Shown: positions 1 to 9,292 of the stretch, one piece after another
Layout: each line of letters starts with the position of its first letter
Numbering within the stretch: position 1 is the first letter of the stretch
NCBI GenBank assembly: GCA_963781885.1
Contig: CAWAHW010000007.1
Span: 288,001-352,000 of the forward strand
Reading direction: 5' to 3'
Length of the DNA: 64,000 bases
Source of the DNA: an uncultured Spirochaetota bacterium
GTDB lineage: Bacteria; Spirochaetota; Spirochaetia; SZUA-6; Fen-1364
Notes under the pieces: model-generated
The model's input: only the letters and a program-made list of their open reading frames with translations
The model's database searches: none
What the model was told of the DNA's origin: nothing
Position numbers and translations under genes: made by a program

Positions 1-1002
1 CGCATGATCCCGATTAACCCGGAAGGCGACGAACCACCGTGGCGCCACTCCATGTCCTTGATGGCCCAGTCGAGGAATGTGCTGCCCTCCATGATCGCCC
101 TCATTCTGGCGTCGAAAACCCCTGGATCGCTGTCGAGGAGGGGCATGAGGTCAGGCATGTTCTCGGTGAAGTAGCCGGTGATGATGCGCGACCAGTCGAG
201 GACGCCAGGATTGGCAACCGCCAGCTTGAGGCGCCGCTCGTATGCCACGGCCCTCGGCACCAAGGCGCCGCCCATACTCATGCCAATGACGCCGATGCGC
301 TCGGGATCGACCCCGGGTTGCTTCTGGGCCCAATCGACCACCGGGCCCAGGACCTTTTCCCAATCGGGGCGGAAGACCAGGCGCTGCAGGCGTACCACCT
401 CGCCCTGTCCAGGACCGTCGAAGAGTAGGCAGCCGATGCCGCGGGCCATGGCTTCGCGGGCGACATAGACGCAGTCCTGGGCCCAGCCGTCGCGGCCCTC
501 CTGAACGACGAGCAGGGGAGCCTCGGCCTTCGCACCGGGCGCCTTGAAGAAATACCCGGGTAGGCTGGTATCCTCATAGGGAATAAGGACAGGCACGCCT
601 CCGATCTCAGGCAGGAGGGCGAGTGCCTTACCGAAGCAGCGGACCGCCTCTGTGGCCAGACGGGTCATGTGCTGACTTGCGGGGTCGGGGTGCCGATGCG
701 CAGCGGCGCGATAGTAACTGGCGGCGCGCAAGTAGCTTTGGCCTGCGGTACGGACCAGCTTGTCCGTTTCGGCGCGGTCCGCTCCCTTCGCCAGTCGGTC
801 GGCGGTCCTTTCCCAGGCAAGTGTCCAACTCCATGGCTCGTTCTTTTGCACTCGACTGGCACTTTCCAGGCATTCGCCTATGTCGGTCATGCCGGTCCAG
901 CTCTCGCTGAGGTAAAAGAGGAGGACTTGGTCCAAGAACGGCGTCGGACATCATGCCAAGCTCGTACCAGGGCTTCGGAGCAATTGAATGATTGTCACGC
1001 AT
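1..1002 (-). CDS. Alpha/beta hydrolase (FrsA/DUF1100-like esterase); runs off the window edge; 1-nt frameshift near 934
   Basis: Manual translation: MRDNHSIAPKPWYELGMMSDAVL, then a frame change to DQVLLFYLSESW...IPYEDTSLPGYFF...FDGPGQG...RPDWEKV...GMSMGG (GxSxG nucleophile elbow). SD GGAGGGAG upstream. Confidence 0.8.
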
Positions 1003-1038
1003 ACTCCCTCCTAAATGATTGTTTAAAACAGTTGTTTT

Positions 1039-1067
1039 ATTATTGACATAGTTATCACCTTTGTCAA
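1039..1067 (-). promoter_or_regulatory. Sigma70-type promoter for the hydrolase
   Basis: Minus strand TTGACA-17 bp-AATAAT, followed by an AT-rich imperfect dyad (about 1013-1038) that could be an operator. Confidence 0.5.
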
Positions 1068-1187
1068 GAGCATGCTGAGCCAGGATATCGAAGACAATTC
1101 CTTAAGCCTGGTGCCTGAGTTCAAGGTCGAAGTGCAATAAACCGGAGGTGCCCATAACCTGCCCTCGGTCTACTGCCAGCCTACGTG

Positions 1188-1772
1188 CTATATGCCGGCC
1201 TTTTTCTCTTTTGATCGACGGAGATCTGCTGCAACCTGTTCATAGTCGCCGTCGTTTCCAAGCAAGTTCAAGGAACGGGCAATCGCCAATCCAAACTCTA
1301 CGTTTGCATATGGTTTGGCCGTAATGACATTCCCATCCATTACAAGGTCCTGCTCCAGCATGTTCTCGCGTGGGAGATATTCGTGCGTTTCCGCATCAAG
1401 GGATGTGGTGAACTTGTGACGACTGAGTACCCCCGCTTTGGCAAGTACACCTGGCCCGGCACAAATGGCGGCAAGGACTCGACCTCGCTCGTCCATGTCA
1501 CGCACCAGGGTAAGAACCTGTTCTATTTTCTCGATGTTTGCAATTGTGCCACCGGGGATAATCAAGGCATCGGCGTCGGATGAATGAATGTTGGAGATTG
1601 GCGTGTCAGGTTGAACACGAAGCCCTTCCGCCGAAAGGATGGGGTTTTGGTTTTGGCCAAGTACAACTACTTTGGCCTTGCCCATTGTCAGGATGAATGC
1701 CGCGGGAGCGATTTCGAACAGAGCGAAGGAATTGTAGACGAACAGGTACACGGCCACTTGGTTGGTTTTCAT
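1188..1772 (-). CDS. DJ-1/PfpI family protein
   Basis: LIIPGG, AAICAGP (catalytic Cys), DGNVITA and N-terminal FE motif. Confidence 0.9.
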   Translation of the reverse strand: MKTNQVAVYLFVYNSFALFEIAPAAFILTMGKAKVVVLGQNQNPILSAEGLRVQPDTPISNIHSSDADALIIPGGTIANIEKIEQVLTLVRDMDERGRVLAAICAGPGVLAKAGVLSRHKFTTSLDAETHEYLPRENMLEQDLVMDGNVITAKPYANVEFGLAIARSLNLLGNDGDYEQVAADLRRSKEKKAGI

Positions 1773-1835
1773 CGGTTCTCCACTAGTATCCGTCTTTGAT
1801 CGAACCTACCCACCGTTAGGTACGACAGCGATCTA

Positions 1836-2495
1836 CTACAAGATCCTCTTCCCGATGGCGTCGAATGCGCGCAGTTCTGTCTTGGCACATACGCTGTCTG
1901 GGTATTCGTCATCAATCAGCGTCCACAGCATCATCGAATCAAGCTGCCCGCGCGGATTCGGAACCCACTTCCTGAGTACCCCTTCCTTCTGGAATCCAAG
2001 CTTCTCTGGTATTCGCGCACTCTTGTGGTTGGCCACCGCGCAACAAATGTGTACTCGTTTCACCTTGTTGATTTCGAAGGCAACCTTTGTCAGGGCAGAC
2101 GACACCTCCGTCGCGTAGCCCTGTCCTTCGTATTTCTGCTGAATCCAGTACCCGATCTCCAAGCCATGCTTTCCCTGCCGTGTATGAAGCCCGGTGCCCC
2201 CCATGACCTCGGTTTCAGTCGGATTGAAGATGCCGTAGACGAACTCCTGATCCAAGTCGAACTGAGCGCGTGCTTTGCGAATCCAAGCGACCCTCACTTC
2301 CAGCGGCTCAACTTTGTCAGTAACCCAAGGAATCCAAGGTCGCAGATAGTCCATGTTCGAGTCGATGGCATCCTTTAAAGGGAGCGCATCGGCCGGGTTC
2401 CAGCACCTGATGCACAGCCGTTTCGTTTCGACTCTATACGCAGGCCCGGCGGGGGAAGGGAACACTTTGTCCTGGTTGGGTGCGGCGGTCGACAT
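1836..2495 (-). CDS. GNAT N-acetyltransferase, RimJ/RimL family
   Basis: ETKRLCIR, EIGYWI...GQGYATE, NHKSARIPEKLGFQKEG motifs. Confidence 0.9.
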   Translation of the reverse strand: MSTAAPNQDKVFPSPAGPAYRVETKRLCIRCWNPADALPLKDAIDSNMDYLRPWIPWVTDKVEPLEVRVAWIRKARAQFDLDQEFVYGIFNPTETEVMGGTGLHTRQGKHGLEIGYWIQQKYEGQGYATEVSSALTKVAFEINKVKRVHICCAVANHKSARIPEKLGFQKEGVLRKWVPNPRGQLDSMMLWTLIDDEYPDSVCAKTELRAFDAIGKRIL

Positions 2496-2764
2496 ATGCT
2501 GCGATCTTTGCCCCTTTGGGGACCATTGTTGAATGGACTCAACATGGAGTTGAGCACCCGGCCCGCATCAAAAACCGCGCCACACCGATTGGCGCCGGAA
2601 GCGGGTCTATCAAGCGCGTCATCCTTGGCACTGTACCACTCACATTGCGACTCCAGGGCAATCTCGCTGCTCCCACGGATACGTCCCGAATCTTTGCAGC
2701 GCAAAATCCCCGCAAAGTGTTATAATGTATGCCATCAAGTTTCAAATATAACGTGGAGGAATCG

Positions 2765-3391
2765 ATGAGAAAGTCGCCCTTCTTCGCAGTAATCCTGGCG
2801 GCGTTTGTGCTGACGCCTTCGCTTGTTGAAGCGCGGGGAGGCGGCGGCCTTGAGTATCTCACCAACATCGGGTCTGATGCTATCCCACAACTTCAGAGCA
2901 CCGGCGGCCGCCTCTTGGATCTGCCGACAGGCACTATTTCGGCGATCAGCGGGTTCGGTTACGGGGTGTTGCCCGGTGGGTGGAAGATTGGCGGGTTCGG
3001 CATTTTCTTTTACTCTGGAGAGCTCTCCTTGACCATCCCCAACCTTGGAGGGCCACTCACGCGCGCCGTCGGCGGCGCGGGGGGGCTTATTTCCGGCGGG
3101 TACGCGCGATGGGGGCCCTTCGGATTCTCCTTGGACATCCGTATAGGAGCCGGCGGTATGGGGGTGAGCTACCTTGGGGCTTACAGCAGCGAATTCGGCC
3201 CGATGGAAGCAACCGACGGCGTATTCGTGCTCTACGGTGCCCTTAAGGGGGAAATTGGCATCATAGTCGTCCCGGCAATGATGGTGTCGCTTTTCGCCGG
3301 TGTTGATGTCCTTGCGGCAATCAGCATGATGGAACCGATTCCAGTGTTCGTCCCTACTATTGGTGTCCGAATAACTTGGGGGAGCTTCTGA
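2765..3391 (+). CDS. Hypothetical exported protein, probable small outer-membrane beta-barrel
   Basis: SD GGAGGA; signal peptide ending VEA; Gly/aromatic-rich amphipathic strands; C-terminal ...IGVRITWGSF; extended -10 TGnTATAAT at 2718-2726. Confidence 0.6.
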   Translation: MRKSPFFAVILAAFVLTPSLVEARGGGGLEYLTNIGSDAIPQLQSTGGRLLDLPTGTISAISGFGYGVLPGGWKIGGFGIFFYSGELSLTIPNLGGPLTRAVGGAGGLISGGYARWGPFGFSLDIRIGAGGMGVSYLGAYSSEFGPMEATDGVFVLYGALKGEIGIIVVPAMMVSLFAGVDVLAAISMMEPIPVFVPTIGVRITWGSF

Positions 3392-3683
3392 ACGACGGCT
3401 TCCTTGCAAAAAGTGCAAAGCGCGCCACCCTCCCTCTTCTCCGTGACAACACTTTGTTGTCACGGATGTAGAATCGCCCTCCCCCCTTTGAGCCCGCGTG
3501 CCCTGAAATCCCACTTTTCGAAACCGAATATAAAGTTCAAGTGTTCGGTCAACTTTTTCACCGCGACATTCGGATCGCAGTTTTCTATTAGATTTCCGCA
3601 CTTTTGCGGGCTTTCAGGCAAGTCCTGCCAACGTTTTCCAACCCTTGTGTTGACATTCCCAGGCTGGGATGCGCTCATGGGCC

Positions 3684-4475
3684 ATGATAGAAACCCTTTC
3701 CATCTCCGGTGGCTTTGACAAAAATGGGCAGCTCGAATCCGTGGGGGAGGTCCAGATTCGCAGGGGCGAGATCGTCGGCGTTGTCGGCCCCACGGGCAGC
3801 GGCAAGAGTTCGCTCATCGCGGACATTGAGCAGCTCGCGCAGGGTGACACCTCGACACGACGGACGGTCCTCGTAAACGGGCGTACGCCAAGCCGCGAGG
3901 AGAGAACGAACCCCAAAAAGAAGATCGTGGCCCAACTTTCCCAGAACATGAACTTTCTTGCCAATATGACAGTGGGCAATTTCCTTCGCCTGCACGCGAA
4001 GTGTCGGCACGTCGACAAGGAGAGCACCTGTGAGGTCATAGAGCTCGCCAACGGACTCACCGGAGAGCCAATCTGCGAGGATGACGAGCTCACGATCCTG
4101 AGCGGTGGGCAGTCGAGGGCCCTGATGGTGGCGGATGTCGCCATCATCAGCGATTCCCCGATCGTGCTCGTCGACGAAATCGAGAACGCGGGGATCAAGA
4201 AACACGACGCCCTGAAGCTCCTGGCCGGTTTCGGAAAGATCGTGCTGGTTGTGACCCACGACCCGGTGCTCGCGCTCATGGCGGAGCGGCGGATCATCAT
4301 GAGGTCCGGCGGGATGGTGAAAATCGTGCAGACCACCAAGGGAGAGAAGCTCGTCTCCCGGAATCTGAAGCGAATCGACGAGTGGATGCTCACACTGAGG
4401 GAGCAGGTGCGGCAGGGCGAGCTCATTGAGGAGGTGCCGGACCTCGTCTCTGCCCTGGCGGAGAAAACTGCATGA
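3684..4475 (+). CDS. Stand-alone ABC-family ATPase
   Basis: Walker A GPTGSGKS, signature LSGGQ, Walker B VLVDE, H-loop THD; no adjacent permease. Confidence 0.85.
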   Translation: MIETLSISGGFDKNGQLESVGEVQIRRGEIVGVVGPTGSGKSSLIADIEQLAQGDTSTRRTVLVNGRTPSREERTNPKKKIVAQLSQNMNFLANMTVGNFLRLHAKCRHVDKESTCEVIELANGLTGEPICEDDELTILSGGQSRALMVADVAIISDSPIVLVDEIENAGIKKHDALKLLAGFGKIVLVVTHDPVLALMAERRIIMRSGGMVKIVQTTKGEKLVSRNLKRIDEWMLTLREQVRQGELIEEVPDLVSALAEKTA

Positions 4476-5173
4476 AGCTTGTGATTGTCGCGGGAACTCC
4501 CGGGTCGGGTAAGACCTCCATCCTCGTTCACGCGGTGAGGCTGCTCAAGGAACGGGGCGCCTCCGTGTCCATCGTCAAGATTGACTGCCTCGCCACCGAC
4601 GACGACGAGAGGTATTCCCGATTCGGCATCCCCACCCTCGTGGGCCTCGCGAAGGACGTGTGCCCGGACCACTTCACCATATACAACATGGAAGAGATCA
4701 TCCAATGGGCGCGGGATAAAGGCACCGAGCTTCTGGCTGTTGAAACCGCGGGCTTGTGTCACCGCTGCGCACCTTACACGACAGGCTCCCTCGGTGTGTG
4801 CGTGATCGACGCCACGTGCGGCCCGAACACCCCCTTAAAGGTTGGTCCCCTGCTGAGCACGGCGAACATCATCGTCATCACCAAGGGAGACGTCATCTCC
4901 CAAGCGGAAAGGGAAATCTTTCGGGAGCGCCTGCTGGAGATGAACCCCCAGGCGGAGCTCGTAAACGCCAATGGCCTGAGCGGACAGGGGGCCGCGGAGC
5001 TTGTCGATCGGTTCCACGACTTACCGGACGTGCAGGTCGACAGTGAGCGCCTCCGGCACACGGCGCCGCTTTCCATTTGCACCCTCTGCGCAGGTGAGAC
5101 CCGGGTGGCCAGGGAGTACCACCGCGGAATCCTTCGACGTATCGACGGCTTCCAAACCTATGCGGGTGAGTAG
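4472..5173 (+). CDS. HypB/UreG/CobW-family (G3E) P-loop GTPase, Cys-rich
   Basis: [25 protein letters not shown] (G4), C-terminal CTLC; ATGA overlap with the upstream gene. Confidence 0.85.
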   Translation: MKLVIVAGTPGSGKTSILVHAVRLLKERGASVSIVKIDCLATDDDERYSRFGIPTLVGLAKDVCPDHFTIYNMEEIIQWARDKGTELLAVETAGLCHRCAPYTTGSLGVCVIDATCGPNTPLKVGPLLSTANIIVITKGDVISQAEREIFRERLLEMNPQAELVNANGLSGQGAAELVDRFHDLPDVQVDSERLRHTAPLSICTLCAGETRVAREYHRGILRRIDGFQTYAGE

Positions 5174-5176
5174 GAA

Positions 5177-5857
5177 ATGGCTGACATAGGCAATCAGCTT
5201 CCTGGTCACAACTGCGGCGCCTGCGGTATGGCGCGATGCGACTTGTTTGCCGACGCGCTTTCCGAGGGGAGGGCCCCTCTCTCGGACTGTCCGGTTCTGG
5301 TTCAAGAGCGGTACGGAGAAAACAGGACGCGAATCCAGACAATGCTGGCAGAGTCGCGCAGCAAGGGGACATGTCCCTCCGAGGCCGTCTCCCTCCGCGC
5401 GGGCAACCTCGTTGGGCTCATCGACGGCTATGAGGCCGATTTTGTGCTTGTCCCGCATCGGGGGGAATGCTCGTGCAGGGAGATTCTCTTCCCGATCACC
5501 CCGGGCTGCGCAGGGGCCGGGGACGTGATCCGTTACAGGCCTCTTGGGTGTCCAATCACCCACTTCGCGCATATCATCGAAAAGAGGGACGGCCTGCTGG
5601 TTGTGCACATCGTCGGGCCCCGGCACAGACTGGAGGAACCGGGCTTCACCTTCAAGGATATCGGGGTGTGCATGGTGATCGGATTCGAGGGCGACGTGGA
5701 GGGCAAGCTGCCATTCGTCGGACAAACAGTCAGATTCAAGCCTGCCGAGTGCATGATGCAGAAGGTGCACTCCGGTGTCGTGGTGAAATGCGAGGGGAGA
5801 ACCGTGCTCATCGAGGGACTGGACCTGAAGGTCTGGGCTCCCCCGGTTCGATCCTGA
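5177..5857 (+). CDS. Fe-S cluster-binding protein (N-terminal FeS domain as in RnfB/AcsC)
   Basis: LPGHNCGACGMARC...CP motif; further Cys/His (CSCRE, GCPITH, CMMQKVHSG). Confidence 0.8.
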   Translation: MADIGNQLPGHNCGACGMARCDLFADALSEGRAPLSDCPVLVQERYGENRTRIQTMLAESRSKGTCPSEAVSLRAGNLVGLIDGYEADFVLVPHRGECSCREILFPITPGCAGAGDVIRYRPLGCPITHFAHIIEKRDGLLVVHIVGPRHRLEEPGFTFKDIGVCMVIGFEGDVEGKLPFVGQTVRFKPAECMMQKVHSGVVVKCEGRTVLIEGLDLKVWAPPVRS

Positions 5858-6057
5858 AGAGTTTGGTTGCTTGTGAATCAGTTTTCACCGTTGACAACCA
5901 CCTCCGCCCTTCTTGCGCAAGGGCGAGCTCGCTCTTCGGTCGTTCGCCTTGGTCTGCCGCGCGTCGCCCATGGCTTCAGTCGCTTCTTCCATTCCACTGA
6001 TGATTGTGCTCGCGAGCTAGGGTATCTTGTACTCTTCCGCTGAGGGGGGAAAGAGTC

Positions 6058-6267
6058 ATGGAAGAGCAGATCAAGACGGGTGATGTTGTTCAGTTTAGGG
6101 GCGGTGGCTCGCCGATGAGTGTTGAGCAGGTAGAGGGTGACGAAGCCGTTTGTGTCTTTTCTCTTGGTGGCAAGCAACGCGTAAAGCTTGCGCTTCTTGA
6201 GAAAATCTCTAGTGAGCCCCCTCCGCGCCATCATCGGTGGACCTATACACGAGGACATGTCACATAA
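6058..6267 (+). CDS. YodC/DUF2158-family small protein
   Basis: KTGDVVQFRGGGSPMSVE...AVCVF matches the GDVVxLKSGGPxMTV pattern; SD GAGGGGG. Confidence 0.7.
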   Translation: MEEQIKTGDVVQFRGGGSPMSVEQVEGDEAVCVFSLGGKQRVKLALLEKISSEPPPRHHRWTYTRGHVT

Positions 6268-6306
6268 CCAGTGTTCCTCCGCCGCATATGCCAAGGGGGA
6301 ACAGAC

Positions 6307-6414
6307 ATGGCACACGCTCGTAGGATGCGTCGACGGGACATGGCGCGTGGATTCGTTCGTTTGACCGAGGATGAGCTGATGGCTCTGATGGATCGTGCCC
6401 AGAAACATATGTAA
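6307..6414 (+). CDS. Putative 35-aa small protein (MAHARRMRRRDMARGFVRLTEDELMALMDRAQKHM)
   Basis: Purine-rich SD-like AAGGGGGA 6 nt upstream of ATG; below the ORF-track length cutoff. Confidence 0.35.
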   Translation: MAHARRMRRRDMARGFVRLTEDELMALMDRAQKHM

Positions 6415-6635
6415 TCATCAAAGCGCCGGGCTCAGGCCGTTTTTTCCTCGAGCCCCGTTATTGATCCTTTATGCCGCAAAGATACGGCATGTACTCATAT
6501 TGCACTTGATAGGCCCAGGAATCAGCCTTTTAGGACGAGATTTTAATCACGCCTAATTTCGCAGGCCCAACTGTTCCCCGGTCCACTCCGCAAACACTGC
6601 TCGATGATAGGATCCTCGCTTCGATGCAAAGCACC

Positions 6636-7433
6636 TCATGTGGTCAGACTGTCGACATAGGCAAAGACCCGATCCTGGTCGGCTTCAACACGAGCCGCAC
6701 GAGAGGGCATTGCTGATTTTCGACCCACCGTCTGATAGAGCGCCGTGCCGGGATCCAGGATTATGGCTGCAAGTGAAGCTCCCACTGCTTGGGTGCTTTG
6801 GAATACCGTAGCCCTGAGTAATTTCAGGATCCAGGAGGGAACTTGGTTGGCGGGAACGACCATCTTCGGATGAAAAGCTCGTACCTGAATGCCGTCGGCA
6901 GCCCATCGGCGCGCCATGGCCAGGGTGAACATAAGAAAGGCCCGCTTGGCCTGAGGGTAGTCAGCCTGGTCAAGAGAGCCAGCCTCCAGGGCAGCCACGG
7001 CAAATTCCCCTTTGGACTCTCCCATTGAGCTCGTATTCACAACGACTGCTCCTGGCGGGAGGACAGGACGGAGCCTGAGGCAAATCTGTGCTGGTGCCAA
7101 GAAGTTGACTCTCCGGTTCAGAGACCGGCCTTCTGCATCGACCTGCTTCGAGGGGAATACCGCTCCTGCGTTATTGACGAGGGCGTCCACCCTATGATAT
7201 CGCGTCTTCACCGTTTCAACAAAGGATCGAGCTGACTCCGGATTGGACAGATCCCCGGGGATCAGATCGACTTTGAGGTCGGGATGCTCCCCAGCGAGCC
7301 TTTTCGCCAGACTCGTGCCCCGTTCCAGGGTCCTGACCATCAGGACGAGAGCATCGGCGGAAGCCGCCAGATACCGGGCTGCCTCCAATCCGAAACCATG
7401 AGTGGCGCCAGTCATTACGATCGTAGGTTTCAT
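6636..7433 (-). CDS. Short-chain dehydrogenase/reductase
   Basis: TGATHGFG, VNNAG, catalytic YPQAK. Confidence 0.9.
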   Translation of the reverse strand: MKPTIVMTGATHGFGLEAARYLAASADALVLMVRTLERGTSLAKRLAGEHPDLKVDLIPGDLSNPESARSFVETVKTRYHRVDALVNNAGAVFPSKQVDAEGRSLNRRVNFLAPAQICLRLRPVLPPGAVVVNTSSMGESKGEFAVAALEAGSLDQADYPQAKRAFLMFTLAMARRWAADGIQVRAFHPKMVVPANQVPSWILKLLRATVFQSTQAVGASLAAIILDPGTALYQTVGRKSAMPSRAARVEADQDRVFAYVDSLTT

Positions 7434-7555
7434 ACCGCACCCCCGTTCCTCAGATCTTATCAGGCCTTAGGTGATGTTGATCATTTACCAAAAACAACTC
7501 GCTTTTTGTTAACTTGAGTCCTGACACGTTTTGTCTAGAAGGGGGGGAGAGAACG

Positions 7556-7876
7556 ATGGCTGCATACATGATCTTTACGCGCGAGAGGATGAGAGATGAA
7601 GCGGAGTACGAGATCTACAAAGAGAAGGCCCGGGCTGCCGGGCAAGGTCACCATCTTATCCCGCATGTCCAATACGGGAAATTTGAGGTTTTCGAAGGAC
7701 CTGATGTACAGGGAGTGGTTGTTCTCGAATTTGCTTCTGTGGTGGAAGCGAAAGCCTACTACAACAGCCCTGCCTACATCGAGGCCCGTAAGCACAGGCA
7801 TCTAGGCGCTGACTATCGAGTTATTCTTGTGGAAGGCCTTTCGAGGCAAGATAAAGAACCAGTGCCAAACTCTTGA
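7556..7876 (+). CDS. DUF1330-family protein
   Basis: VVVLEFASVVEAKAYYNSPAY...ARKHR...VILVEG motif. Confidence 0.85.
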   Translation: MAAYMIFTRERMRDEAEYEIYKEKARAAGQGHHLIPHVQYGKFEVFEGPDVQGVVVLEFASVVEAKAYYNSPAYIEARKHRHLGADYRVILVEGLSRQDKEPVPNS

Positions 7877-7969
7877 AGGAGGCGCCTGTAAAACGTCGCC
7901 ACAAATCGGAGGGGAAAACTAGGCGATCATTTTTCATCCTCGTAAGGGTGCCCTACGCCTTTTCTAGGC

Positions 7970-8839
7970 TCAGGTCGGTTCGATGCCTGTCCCGGCTACA
8001 GGTCCGTCCTGGCCGTCCTTGGCATAAGTCCGTCCCATCCCATGGACTTTCGTAGCGATAGGAATGTCTCTCGCACTTTCTGCTTTCGGCTCGCGCGGGC
8101 CATAGCCTTCTTCCCAAGAGCGGCGGATTTCTACGTGGTCAAGCTTCACATTGTCCACGAGCAGTGCTCGGACCTCGCCCATTCGCAAGCCGGTTGTTGC
8201 GGCCAGAACGTTTATGGCGTACTGGCGGAAGTCATCCCACGGGTCGGGGGCTGCAAGGAGAGTGAACACTTCGGAAGAGGTGAGCACGCTGCGGCTTGGA
8301 CGCCGCACGCGAATCGTCCTGATGCGCTCTGCAGTGTTCTCCGTGACCCAGTTGTCCTCAACTGCCTGTTCCAGAATGGTGCGCAGGGTTTGGATGAGCT
8401 TGTTGATCGTTGCCGGTGCGAGCTCACAGCGCCGATGGAGATCAATTACCCAAGCGTCCAGTCGCTTCGTTGTAAGATCTCGCAGCTTCCAGTTTCCCCA
8501 GGTCGGGAGAAGATGAACGCGAGTGTAGCCCTCAGAAACGTCGAGGTATCCGTTTGAAACGGCACGACCGTGAGCCGCGCGATCTAGTGCAAATGAGGCG
8601 TCTGGCTTCCAAAACCCGGCAGCGTATGTGGATAGCGTGATGTCCTCACGCGTCTTGTGGTCACTCTTCAGCCTGGCTTCACACCAGCGCACCGCGTCAT
8701 CATGCCGAGTGCATCCCGTGGAGACGGCACTGCTACGGTAGGTTCCGTTTCCGTCTCGAAAGAGAGCGTAGAAAATTTTTCGGTTTTTTTTCTTCGTGGG
8801 CCTGGAATGCAGGGAGTACGGACGTTTCGGGCGTTCCAT
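7970..8839 (-). pseudogene. Tyrosine integrase, C-terminally truncated
   Basis: N-terminal arm-binding region, LAPATINK core-binding, TGLRMGE (first catalytic Arg) and PK; sequence ends before HxxR and the catalytic Tyr; immediately downstream of tRNA-Val. Confidence 0.8.
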
Positions 8840-8863
8840 GCTGCCTTCCTCCACTCACTCTCG

Positions 8864-8885
8864 ATGTCAGAGTGAATGTCAGAGT
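8864..8885. repeat. Tandem 10-bp direct repeat ATGTCAGAGT x2, candidate integrase arm-type sites
   Basis: Copies at 8864-8873 and 8876-8885, between the tRNA and the integrase start. Confidence 0.5.
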
Positions 8886-8950
8886 AGAGCTACATGGAAG
8901 CGTCCGTTTTCGGTCTGCTTCCTAATTCCCTACAACGTAGGGGTTTGAAA

Positions 8951-9024
8951 TGGGCGATACTGGATTTGAACCAGTGACTTCTACCGTGTGAAGGTAGCAC
9001 TCTGGGCCGCTGAGTTAATCGCCC
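8951..9024 (-). tRNA. tRNA-Val(CAC), CCA not encoded
   Basis: GGGCGAT acceptor stem, CTACC-TTCACAC-GGTAG anticodon arm, GGTTCAAATCC T-arm. Confidence 0.97.
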
Positions 9025-9292
9025 GGCGAAACCTGAAAAGAGTATATACCTCAGAGCATCTTGACCTGTCAACCGCAGAGTTTGGCGCGGCGCTTACTCC
9101 ACAAATGCCGGGCAAATACCGGCGAGCAATCGCGGAGGACTGTATGAAAATCAGATTTTTGGGCTGACGAAAGTAGACAATCCGGCCGCAAAGCGATTCG
9201 AGATTGCGACTGACAAATCAAGTGTATATTTCATATGAAATTAGGCATCTGCCCCTGGTTCCGTGGTTGGTCCCATTCTTGCATTGATCGGT

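Larger units (their letters stand above)
1..8950. mobile_element. Remnant genomic island integrated at the tRNA-Val(CAC) 3' end; far boundary not in window
   Basis: Integrase next to tRNA 3' end; visibly lower GC and weaker GC3 bias than 9.3-64 kb; mixed accessory cargo. Confidence 0.6.

Noticed and set aside
1140-1835. Integron attC sites around the GNAT and DJ-1 genes (ACCTAAC after the GNAT stop; GTTATGG after DJ-1)
   Set aside because: Each gene has only one half-site, with no paired R''/R' boxes or attC hairpin and no integron integrase. At most eroded remnants.
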